The notes beneath the pieces were generated by a model. The model saw only the letters and a list, made by a program, of their open reading frames with translations. It did no database searches and was not told where the DNA came from. Positions 17,248-24,234 of a stretch of 32,373 nucleotides of DNA are shown here, in pieces (position 1 is the stretch's first letter; the number at the start of each line of letters is the position of its first letter). The position numbers were made by a program, and so were the translations under genes. Source of the stretch: a virus; the IMG/VR virus record IMGVR_UViG_3300025480_000181. One strand, given 5' to 3'.

Positions 17248-18195
17248 ATGAAGCGGAAGGGGAGCTACGCGACGCTCGTTCTCGTCGCGCTCGTCGCCGT
17301 AGTCTTCGGTCTTAGCGCCGTACACGCCGCACCGACCGCGAACCTGACCGGGTCGAGCGGACTCCAGCCGGACGCCGTCCCGCCGGCACCGACGGGCCTT
17401 ACCGCGACGGCGACGAACGCTACGGTTATCCATCTCGCTTGGACGAACCCGGTCGGGGCGCTAACCGATAACGAGTACTACGAGTTCGCAGCCGCCGCCT
17501 GTTCTGGCGGCCATAGTACCGTCGATATCGGTTCCGTCGTAACCTCCGCGAACGTCGGCTCGCTCTCTTCGGCGACCTCGTACGGCTTCGAGGTCCTCGC
17601 TAAGAATGCGACCGGCTTCTCGGCTCCGAGTACCTGCCACTCCGGGATGACCTACCCCGACGTTCCGACGAGCCTCGTAGCGAACGTCGCTAGCGATACC
17701 GAAATCGACCTGACGTGGACGAACCCGTCGGGGACGCTTACGGATACCTTCGTAAACGTCTACGTCGCGTCTACCTGTACCGGGAGCCCAACGACGCTCG
17801 ATATGGCCGGGGTCGTAACGGCCTACGCGGATATCGACCTCGCGCAGACGACGACGTATAGCTATACCATTGCCGCCGCGGATACGACCGGGACGGGTGC
17901 GGCCTCGGCCTGCGTTTCGGCGACTACGCAAGCTACCCCGGGCGGCGGTCCGCCCGGCGGCGGTAGTCCGCCCGGCGGAAGCGGTAACTCTACGAACGCT
18001 ACGGGTACCCCGAACTACCCGACGAACGGACCCGCGCTAGCGTTCCCCGCGTTTACCCCGGCGGGCCTTCTCGTACAGAACTTCCTCGGTATCGTATCGC
18101 TTATCGGCGGCGCGGTCCTCTTCGCGTTCCGTCGGTTTATCCTCGGGCCGACCTTCCTCGGAATCGGGCTCGTCCTCCTCTTCGTCGTCTTCTGA
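17248..18195 (+). CDS. Membrane-anchored protein with two fibronectin type III repeats
   Basis: Signal peptide. P.AP..L.A....I.L.WTNP...Y.F.V.A twice. GGGPPGGGSPPGG linker, two C-terminal TMs. Confidence 0.85.
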   Translation: MKRKGSYATLVLVALVAVVFGLSAVHAAPTANLTGSSGLQPDAVPPAPTGLTATATNATVIHLAWTNPVGALTDNEYYEFAAAACSGGHSTVDIGSVVTSANVGSLSSATSYGFEVLAKNATGFSAPSTCHSGMTYPDVPTSLVANVASDTEIDLTWTNPSGTLTDTFVNVYVASTCTGSPTTLDMAGVVTAYADIDLAQTTTYSYTIAAADTTGTGAASACVSATTQATPGGGPPGGGSPPGGSGNSTNATGTPNYPTNGPALAFPAFTPAGLLVQNFLGIVSLIGGAVLFAFRRFILGPTFLGIGLVLLFVVF

Positions 18196-18203
18196 GGAAG
18201 AGG

Positions 18204-18212
18204 TTACATATA
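18204..18212 (+). promoter_or_regulatory. Possible archaeal TATA box upstream of the second cassette block
   Basis: AT-rich TTACATATA in a 40-nt intergenic gap, followed by GGAGGAGG and ATG 18236. Confidence 0.4.
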
Positions 18213-18235
18213 CTAGGGAGGAGGTTCAACGAACG

Positions 18236-18565
18236 ATGACGCGGGGTGAGAGGGACGAGCGGGCGTTCACCCACTTTCTCGAGGATGAGATAGCGGGCGA
18301 GATTCGCCGGTGGGCGCAGCGGACGTTCCGCGGTCGCTTCATCGTTCGACTACGGGGAAGCCCGGGCGACGAGTTCGAGGACGCCGTCTGGCGCGTTACG
18401 ATTAGCGACGGGGCGAAGCGGCGCTTTACCTATGAGTGGGAAGCGAATACGAAGTCGTGGGGGAACGACGCGCTCGAGACGACGACGGTCCCCGAGGCGA
18501 CCCTCGCCGAGATTATCGAGGAGCACGGCTGGACGCGAAAGCCTTCGGTTCGATGGAGGGAGTAG
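18236..18565 (+). CDS. Hypothetical protein (cassette)
   Basis: GGAGGAGG upstream. Ends WRE*. Confidence 0.78.
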   Translation: MTRGERDERAFTHFLEDEIAGEIRRWAQRTFRGRFIVRLRGSPGDEFEDAVWRVTISDGAKRRFTYEWEANTKSWGNDALETTTVPEATLAEIIEEHGWTRKPSVRWRE

Positions 18566-18569
18566 GAAG

Positions 18570-19085
18570 ATGGCGCATAAGCTAGCAATCGGGAAGGGGA
18601 ACACGACGGTGATGACTTGGCCCGAGTTCCGCGAGTTCCTTCGGGGGAAGATAATCTACCACCACCAAGTGAACTGGGTCGAGGAGTGGACGAGTCTCGA
18701 CCGCGAAGCGACGGAGGCCCAGTACTTCCCGTACAACGGGTTCCTGCTACGGAAGGCGGACGCCCTCGGCCGTTACCCCTACGCGGGCTACGGCGAGAAG
18801 ACCCTCGGGACGACCGTTAAGCGAACGGGGAAGGGCTACTGGGACTCCGACTACTGGAAGGTTACCTACAACGACGGACGCAACGACTATACCGGCGCGA
18901 AGACCGGGCGAAAGCCGAAGTACTACGTTACCTTCCATAAGGGTCGTGAGGACGTTCTCTGTAACCGGTGCGGCCGGGAGATTACCGGCCGCGACGTTCA
19001 GCTCGGGAGCTACGTAAACTCGGGCGGCCAAATCTGCGGCGACTGCCGGAACGACGAGCGCGAGAAGAGCCTCCGGAGAGAGTAG
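18570..19085 (+). CDS. Hypothetical protein with C-terminal Zn finger (cassette)
   Basis: CNRC...CGDC. Ends RRE*. Confidence 0.78.
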   Translation: MAHKLAIGKGNTTVMTWPEFREFLRGKIIYHHQVNWVEEWTSLDREATEAQYFPYNGFLLRKADALGRYPYAGYGEKTLGTTVKRTGKGYWDSDYWKVTYNDGRNDYTGAKTGRKPKYYVTFHKGREDVLCNRCGREITGRDVQLGSYVNSGGQICGDCRNDEREKSLRRE

Positions 19086-19523
19086 ATGAAGTCCGTAACG
19101 ATGGCGAGAGCGAACGAAGTCTGGGCCCTCGGGAAGGAACTCTCGGGCGGCTTCGGCCTCTGGGGGACTATCGACCAGCTAACGTCCCTCGACGGCTTTA
19201 CCGAGTGGAAGCGTCTCGCGGTCGTAGAGGGCTGGATTAACGGGGCGAGGTCGCTCGGCTTTACCGATACCGATGCGGCGGCGCTCGGGGACTGGCGGAT
19301 AGGCCGGCACTTCGTCGATACGGCTTCCTTCTGGAACCTCGACCCGCCCGAGGTCGTTCGGAAGAAGGCGCAGAAGGCCGCGGTCGATGCGATTAGCTAC
19401 GCCGTAAAGGACGAGGGTGGTATCGCGGAGGTCAAGCGACAGCTCGTTCTGAACTATACGAACTACTACCCCGTTAGCTACGCGAACCGACTAGGGCGTA
19501 CCCCGTCGGTTAGGAGGGAGTAG
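19086..19523 (+). CDS. Hypothetical protein, paralogue of 2905..3390
   Basis: WALGKELSGGFGLW and GDWRIGRHFVD. Ends RRE*. Confidence 0.8.
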   Translation: MKSVTMARANEVWALGKELSGGFGLWGTIDQLTSLDGFTEWKRLAVVEGWINGARSLGFTDTDAAALGDWRIGRHFVDTASFWNLDPPEVVRKKAQKAAVDAISYAVKDEGGIAEVKRQLVLNYTNYYPVSYANRLGRTPSVRRE

Positions 19524-19742
19524 ATGCCGTTCTATCCGGTCGGTCGGAAGGCGAAGGGCGAACTCCCGATGTACGCTGTTCTTCGGAGCTATAACGAAGG
19601 GACCGCGATAGAACGATACTTCGATACCGAGCGGGCGGCGAAGGACTGGGCCGAGAGCCATCTTCTTCCGACCGACGAGATGCTCCTCGTCGTTAAGCTA
19701 CTCGGCTACGCGAGGCCCGTTACGGCCCCGAGGAGGGAGTAG
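19524..19742 (+). CDS. Hypothetical microprotein, paralogue of 4606..4848
   Basis: FDTERAAKDWAE...LVVKLLG. Ends RRE*. Confidence 0.8.
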   Translation: MPFYPVGRKAKGELPMYAVLRSYNEGTAIERYFDTERAAKDWAESHLLPTDEMLLVVKLLGYARPVTAPRRE

Positions 19743-19745
19743 AAG

Positions 19746-20090
19746 ATGACGAGCGACGAGAAGCGGATGAGCCCCGAGGACGGCGGCGAGGTAGCGGAGT
19801 TCATTCGGAACGTCGACGAGGGGAGCTACGAGTGCCTCTGCGGGAATCACGTTAAGCTGAACGAGCGCTCGTTCCGCGGCTATCCCCACGAGGGCGGCCT
19901 CTCCGATAAGAACGGGAAGCGCTGGTGGGTCTGGGCGACCTGCCCGCGATGCAACTACCAGATGAGCTGGCGGAGCCTCCCGTACCGTCTCCGCCTAGAG
20001 CCGATGCCCGAGGGCTGGAAGCCCGGGGCGCCGGGATGGGAGCCGGGGTGGCAGGCTCGCCGCGTCAGCGGCTTTCTTAGGAAGGAGTAA
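19746..20090 (+). CDS. Zn-ribbon protein (cassette)
   Basis: ECLCG...TCPRC. Ends RKE*. Confidence 0.78.
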   Translation: MTSDEKRMSPEDGGEVAEFIRNVDEGSYECLCGNHVKLNERSFRGYPHEGGLSDKNGKRWWVWATCPRCNYQMSWRSLPYRLRLEPMPEGWKPGAPGWEPGWQARRVSGFLRKE

Positions 20091-20092
20091 CG

Positions 20093-20578
20093 ATGTCCGA
20101 CCCCGACGAGGACTACGATATCGACGAGGAGATGCGTCACGAGGCCCTTGTCGAGGCCGCGCACGACGCGCGCGAGGAGGAGCGGCGCGCGAAGTGCCCT
20201 GATTGCGGGCAGAGCCACGAAGGGCTCGACCCCGATACGATTCGGAACCTCCACGCCGCGGCGACGAACTGGTATAGCGACTCGAACCGGCCGGGGTCGA
20301 GGGTCCTAACGAACGTCGAGCACGGCGGTATCCACGGAGAGAAGCCGGACCCCCGTTGGGCCGCCGCGATGGACCATCTCGGGAAGCTCGTCAAGACCTA
20401 CTTCTTCGATAAGTACCACGAGGTCTACCTCGAGAAGTACGAGAACGGCGCTATCGTTTACTACGTCCCGACCGGCTGGTGGTACTACTATCCGAAGGAC
20501 ATGATGGACGACGCCTTCGACTTCGCCCGCTCCCGGGGAACCCATTCGAGGGCGCTCAACCGTATCTTCGGAGACTAG
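20093..20578 (+). CDS. Hypothetical protein (cassette)
   Basis: CPDC..H. Followed by an intergenic copy of the motif. Confidence 0.78.
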   Translation: MSDPDEDYDIDEEMRHEALVEAAHDAREEERRAKCPDCGQSHEGLDPDTIRNLHAAATNWYSDSNRPGSRVLTNVEHGGIHGEKPDPRWAAAMDHLGKLVKTYFFDKYHEVYLEKYENGAIVYYVPTGWWYYYPKDMMDDAFDFARSRGTHSRALNRIFGD

Positions 20579-20589
20579 GGAGGGAGTAG

Positions 20590-20880
20590 ATGACGAAGCG
20601 CTCGGTCGAGGCCGCGGAGAGGAGAATCCGGAAAGAGGTAGTCGGCTGGCTCCGCGCTACGTACGTCAAGAAGTCGCTCCGCGCCGAGGTGAACGTAGAC
20701 GAGGATACGCTCGACGATGGTCCGTACTTCTGGGCCTATATCTACGACGGGAAGAAGCTCGTCGCCGAAGGCTCGGGATGGTTCGAGCAGCAGACCGACC
20801 CGTTCGACGAGATGGAATCGGACCTGAACGAGAAAGGCTACCGTCGTATTCCTCTACGGAACCTGATACGGGAGGACTAG
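20590..20880 (+). CDS. Hypothetical protein (cassette)
   Basis: Motif start. Ends RED* TAG|ATG. Confidence 0.78.
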   Translation: MTKRSVEAAERRIRKEVVGWLRATYVKKSLRAEVNVDEDTLDDGPYFWAYIYDGKKLVAEGSGWFEQQTDPFDEMESDLNEKGYRRIPLRNLIRED

Positions 20881-21492
20881 ATGCCCGACGACCTCTTCCG
20901 GGAATCGAACGACCCACCCGACCCGCACCGGAAGCCGTCGATGAACGAGTCGGACGCGGACTTTATCTACCGGACGGGGAGGAAGTTCTGGCTCGACCCC
21001 GATGGGACGAACCGTTGGGATATCGTCGAGCAGAACGGCGAGCCGCTCGTCGAGGACCTCGGCGCCCCGGTCGGGGAGTGCCAAGCCTGCGGCCATGCTA
21101 TCGAGTTCAAGTTCTACGTTCGGCACCCGACCCGGGGCGTCTCGTACGTCGGCTCCGAGTGTATCAATAAGGTCCGGATGACCTTCGACCTCGTCCGGCG
21201 GGCGAGGATGGACCGGGCGCTCTATAAGGCGAAGCGGATGCAGGAGCGGAAGGCCCTCGATAAGAAGATAGAGCTTCTCGAGGCCGCCGCCTCGGACCCG
21301 CCGGTACGGGTCGCCTACTGGGACTATCTCGGCCGGAGCCGGAACCTCTCGGAGAGCCTTCGCTGGTACGCGCAGGTCCTACGGGATAGCCGGAAGCGCC
21401 GGCCGATGTTCGAGAACGCCCTTCGCGCTCCGCTCGAGAAGTACGGGCACCCCGAGGTCTTTCCCCGGCGAAGGGAGAAGCCGCTTATATGA
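20881..21492 (+). CDS. Zn-finger protein (cassette)
   Basis: CQACGHAI...YVGSEC motif. Confidence 0.78.
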   Translation: MPDDLFRESNDPPDPHRKPSMNESDADFIYRTGRKFWLDPDGTNRWDIVEQNGEPLVEDLGAPVGECQACGHAIEFKFYVRHPTRGVSYVGSECINKVRMTFDLVRRARMDRALYKAKRMQERKALDKKIELLEAAASDPPVRVAYWDYLGRSRNLSESLRWYAQVLRDSRKRRPMFENALRAPLEKYGHPEVFPRRREKPLI

Positions 21493-21680
21493 GCCGTCTC
21501 GCCGAGCCTCCCGAACCTCCGCGCGAAACGCTACGGGGTCGCCTCTACCGATGCGAGCGATGCGGCTACGACCGGCGATTCTACCTCTCGCCGCCTATCG
21601 GCGAGCAACGGAGATGCCCGAAGTGCCGGCGCTACTCGCTCGAGCCGGTACGGGACGAGCGGGTCCTACGGAGGGAGTAA
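21489..21680 (+). CDS. Zn-ribbon microprotein (cassette)
   Basis: CERC...CPKC. ATGA overlap. Ends RRE*. Confidence 0.78.
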   Translation: MSRLAEPPEPPRETLRGRLYRCERCGYDRRFYLSPPIGEQRRCPKCRRYSLEPVRDERVLRRE

Positions 21681-21901
21681 TGCCCCGTCCTAACCCCCTT
21701 GACGAGCGGGAGGCCCGAATCCAGCGTGCCCACGACGCCTACCAGAAGGCCCGGGGAATCGCTGCCGCGGACCCGACCCCCGCGAACCTTACCGAGGAGA
21801 ACCGCCTCCATAAGGAGTACGTAACGCTTCTCTACGAGGAAGAGCCTTCTCCTAGACGGGAGCAGACCATCGAGGATTTCGCTTCGATACGGAGGGAGTA
21901 G
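21680..21901 (+). CDS. Hypothetical helical microprotein (cassette)
   Basis: TAATG overlap start. Ends RRE*. Confidence 0.75.
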   Translation: MPRPNPLDEREARIQRAHDAYQKARGIAAADPTPANLTEENRLHKEYVTLLYEEEPSPRREQTIEDFASIRRE

Positions 21902-23056
21902 ATGCCGAAGGTAATCGTAGTGCTCGCAATCGCGGCGACCGTCGTCATAGCGGCCTTCTCCGCGGCGACTACGATAGCGTACGGTTCCCTCGGCGCGCGG
22001 GGCGGGCTGTCGGTAGACGATACGAATAACTCGACCCTTCCCTCGCAGGACTTCCTCGGTACCCCGACGGTGAACGTAACGACCGTTCCTATGCTCTACG
22101 ACGACTCCGCGAGCTGGTTCTCGAACGGCTGCTCGTACAACGGGTCCGTACCGTATACGGTCCCGTTCCCCTCGAACGACCCGAACGCGACCCCCGGTAC
22201 CCAGATGGCCGTAGTAAACGCGCTCGGGCCAGGCTACGGTTGCGGGACGGGCTGGTTCGCCGAGGTCTGGAACTTTACGGCGAACGCGACCCTCGTCGCG
22301 GAGAACGATTGGTTTAACGTTACGACGAACTGGACCCTCTCGAATACCTCGGGAGAAGTCGTAGGGGTTAACTCGGTCTCCGTGACCGTTAGCTCGGAGA
22401 CCCTCTCGACGAACGGGACCTTCTCGCTCTACGTCGAGTTCCCGGGGAACCCGGTATCGCTCGGAACGACGAACGTTACGGTCGAGGCGGCGCCGCCGGT
22501 CTCGGTTCCCGCTACCTTCGGAGGGAACGGACGGGACGCGCGAGGAACCTTCCCTCCGGCGAACGTATCGCAGAACTTCGTTGCCGACCCGGCCCTCGAG
22601 CCCCAACTCGTCGGGGAGCAGTCGACGATATACTCCGACGCGGTAGCGGCGCCGGATGGTTGCTCGAATAGCGTCGCGAATAGTACTCCCGGCGTCCTAA
22701 CCGGTATCCCATTCCCCGAGCCCGGCGGGAACTACGAGCAGGCGCTCTTCGCGAACGCCGGCGAGGTCTCGGCCTGCTCCGGCGGCGACTACGGGATGCT
22801 CTTTACCTTCCTCGTCTCGACGCCGCTCTCGGCGGAGAACGATTGGTTCAACGTTACGACGACTTGGGTGACCCCGGGCGGGGCGACCGTTACCGGGTTT
22901 AGCGACTCCCTCGTAAGCGTCGTCCCGGGGAATCTCCCGGGCGGGTCGGAGAACGCGCTCCTCCTCGTCTACGTCGACTACGGGGCGGGAACCCCGACCG
23001 TCCTATCGTGCTCGATTACGGTACAAGCGACCTCGCAGGTGGTCGTCGTAGGGTAG
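21902..23056 (+). CDS. Secreted glycoprotein with two internal repeats
   Basis: Signal/TM. AENDWFNVTT occurs twice (31-bp DNA repeat, one mismatch, 22298-22328 and 22832-22862). Many N-x-T/S sequons. Confidence 0.85.
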   Translation: MPKVIVVLAIAATVVIAAFSAATTIAYGSLGARGGLSVDDTNNSTLPSQDFLGTPTVNVTTVPMLYDDSASWFSNGCSYNGSVPYTVPFPSNDPNATPGTQMAVVNALGPGYGCGTGWFAEVWNFTANATLVAENDWFNVTTNWTLSNTSGEVVGVNSVSVTVSSETLSTNGTFSLYVEFPGNPVSLGTTNVTVEAAPPVSVPATFGGNGRDARGTFPPANVSQNFVADPALEPQLVGEQSTIYSDAVAAPDGCSNSVANSTPGVLTGIPFPEPGGNYEQALFANAGEVSACSGGDYGMLFTFLVSTPLSAENDWFNVTTTWVTPGGATVTGFSDSLVSVVPGNLPGGSENALLLVYVDYGAGTPTVLSCSITVQATSQVVVVG

Positions 23057-23067
23057 GAGAGAGTAGA

Positions 23068-23499
23068 ATGATTTTCGGACGACGACCCTCGGGGGCTACG
23101 GACGCGGAACTAATCTCGGCTTATATCGAGAGCCGAGTCGAGGAGAACCACTTCGAGTCGGAACTCGAGCACGAGCGTATCGAGAACGGGCCGGAGGCCG
23201 AGCATTGGTCCTTCGAATGGCGGGAGAACTACCGTACCCGTATCGAAGGAATCGAAGAACGTCTCGGGGCGGTCCGCGAGCGGATGGCCGATATTATCGA
23301 TGACCTCCGCGCTCGTAAGTACCGGCTTAACTTCGAGTATGAGGACGACCCGCTTACCGGGGCGCCTATCAATAAGGACCGTACCCATCTCTATACTATC
23401 CAGAAGGGACGACGGCGGTCCGACTTAATCGCGATAGAGTCGGTCGCGCGACGCCGTTTCCCGCCTACGGAGACGGGGCTAATACAGTGGAGGGAGTAG
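23068..23499 (+). CDS. Hypothetical acidic/coiled protein (cassette)
   Basis: ATG 23068 after GGAGAGAGTAGA. Ends WRE*. Confidence 0.78.
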   Translation: MIFGRRPSGATDAELISAYIESRVEENHFESELEHERIENGPEAEHWSFEWRENYRTRIEGIEERLGAVRERMADIIDDLRARKYRLNFEYEDDPLTGAPINKDRTHLYTIQKGRRRSDLIAIESVARRRFPPTETGLIQWRE

Positions 23500-23501
23500 C
23501 G

Positions 23502-23966
23502 ATGACGATAGCCGACGAGAAGCCGTACGCCTCGGACCTAAAGGAGATGGAGCGCGTCTGGGACGAATACGTCCGGAAGGAACTCGGCCGCGACTATCGG
23601 GGCGAGGTCCGCGACGGGGAGAATCCAAAGCGACGAGCCTCCATCGACCGTATCGATATCATCGACGGGGGGCCCGGGGGCCGCTACGACGTAACGCTCG
23701 TCGTCGTCCGGGTCGCCCGCCGGCACGGCGACCTCGAGACGCGGGACGGGGTCGTTTGGAAGCGGCGGTATGACGTTCTCGATAAGATGCTCGTCCGGGA
23801 CGCCGCGATACAGGAGAACCGTTCGATATCTGAATGGGAGCGGAACCGCCGGTCGGAGGACCTCTGGCGGAATACCCTGACCTACGATATTCAGGACTCG
23901 ATTCGCGAGGGTGGGTTCCCGAGCCTTCGGAGGATTCGAAGCGAGTACGCGTTCCCGAGGGAGTAG
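23502..23966 (+). CDS. Hypothetical protein (cassette)
   Basis: Motif on both sides. Ends PRE*. Confidence 0.78.
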   Translation: MTIADEKPYASDLKEMERVWDEYVRKELGRDYRGEVRDGENPKRRASIDRIDIIDGGPGGRYDVTLVVVRVARRHGDLETRDGVVWKRRYDVLDKMLVRDAAIQENRSISEWERNRRSEDLWRNTLTYDIQDSIREGGFPSLRRIRSEYAFPRE

Positions 23967-24221
23967 ATGCCGCGAAAGCCCCCCGAGTTCCTCGAGGAAG
24001 GATGCCCTGCCTGTACCTACCATTTTCTCTATAAGGGAACGGCGGATGGCTCGGGCTCAGGCGCGGGGGCGATTATCGCAATCGCGGCAGTCGCCATCGG
24101 TGCTACCGTTGCCGCCGGTCTTCTGGCCAATCGAAAGGTCCCGTGCCCTCGGTGCAAGAACCCTATTCGGCGAGGCATAGCCCAATGTCCCTATTGCTAC
24201 AGCTCGATCACATGGTCGTGA
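23967..24221 (+). CDS. TM plus Zn-ribbon microprotein, last junction-started ORF
   Basis: CPAC, hydrophobic helix, CPRC...CPYC. First GATC of the window at 24206. Confidence 0.65.
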   Translation: MPRKPPEFLEEGCPACTYHFLYKGTADGSGSGAGAIIAIAAVAIGATVAAGLLANRKVPCPRCKNPIRRGIAQCPYCYSSITWS

Positions 24222-24234
24222 ACGGCGGAAAGGA

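Larger units (their letters stand above)
2894..23966 (+). repeat. Dispersed junction repeat GGAGGGAG-TAG/TAA/TGA(-ATG)
   Basis: Exact 11-mers start at 2894, 3594, 3837, 4209, 4595, 4838, 6389, 6788, 11528, 11924, 12604, 13383, 13743, 14546, 14803, 15086, 15314, 15544, 16226, 18555, 19513, 19732, 20579, 21670, 21891, 23489. One-mismatch copies at 2300, 13138, 19075, 20080, 23056, 23956. Confidence 0.97.
1..24221 (+). mobile_element. Integrated virus-like/integrative element (partial, left end outside window) with modular cassette-like gene arrays
   Basis: ~57 co-oriented, abutting genes, mostly <160 aa and of unknown function. Shared junction motif, no GATC seen, CTA/GTA/ATA/TTA codons common despite high GC. 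Composition changes at ~24.0-24.2 kb. Confidence 0.8.

Noticed and set aside
17941-17985. Short tandem repeat CCGCCCGGCGG
   Set aside because: It only encodes the Gly/Pro linker of the FN3 protein.
2894-23966. CRISPR array interpretation of the repeated motif
   Set aside because: The repeat is only ~11-14 nt, spacing is 180-5000 nt and the intervals are whole ORFs. No cas genes.
261-24023. Numerous minus-strand and alternate-frame ORFs in the element (e.g. 453..1130, 637..1074, 7881..8534, 10419..11129, 13253..14032, 21632..22606)
   Set aside because: R/P/G-rich shadows of a fully tiled + strand gene set in GC-rich DNA, with no start signals.
1441-24221. Classical integron with attC sites
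   Set aside because: No intergenic space for attC palindromes, no GTTRRRY/RYYYAAC pairs at boundaries, no tyrosine recombinase in the window.
1-24221. Global TAG recoding (alternative genetic code)
   Set aside because: Long genes (574, 403, 384, 332 aa) have no internal in-frame TAG and end at TAG before clear leaders.
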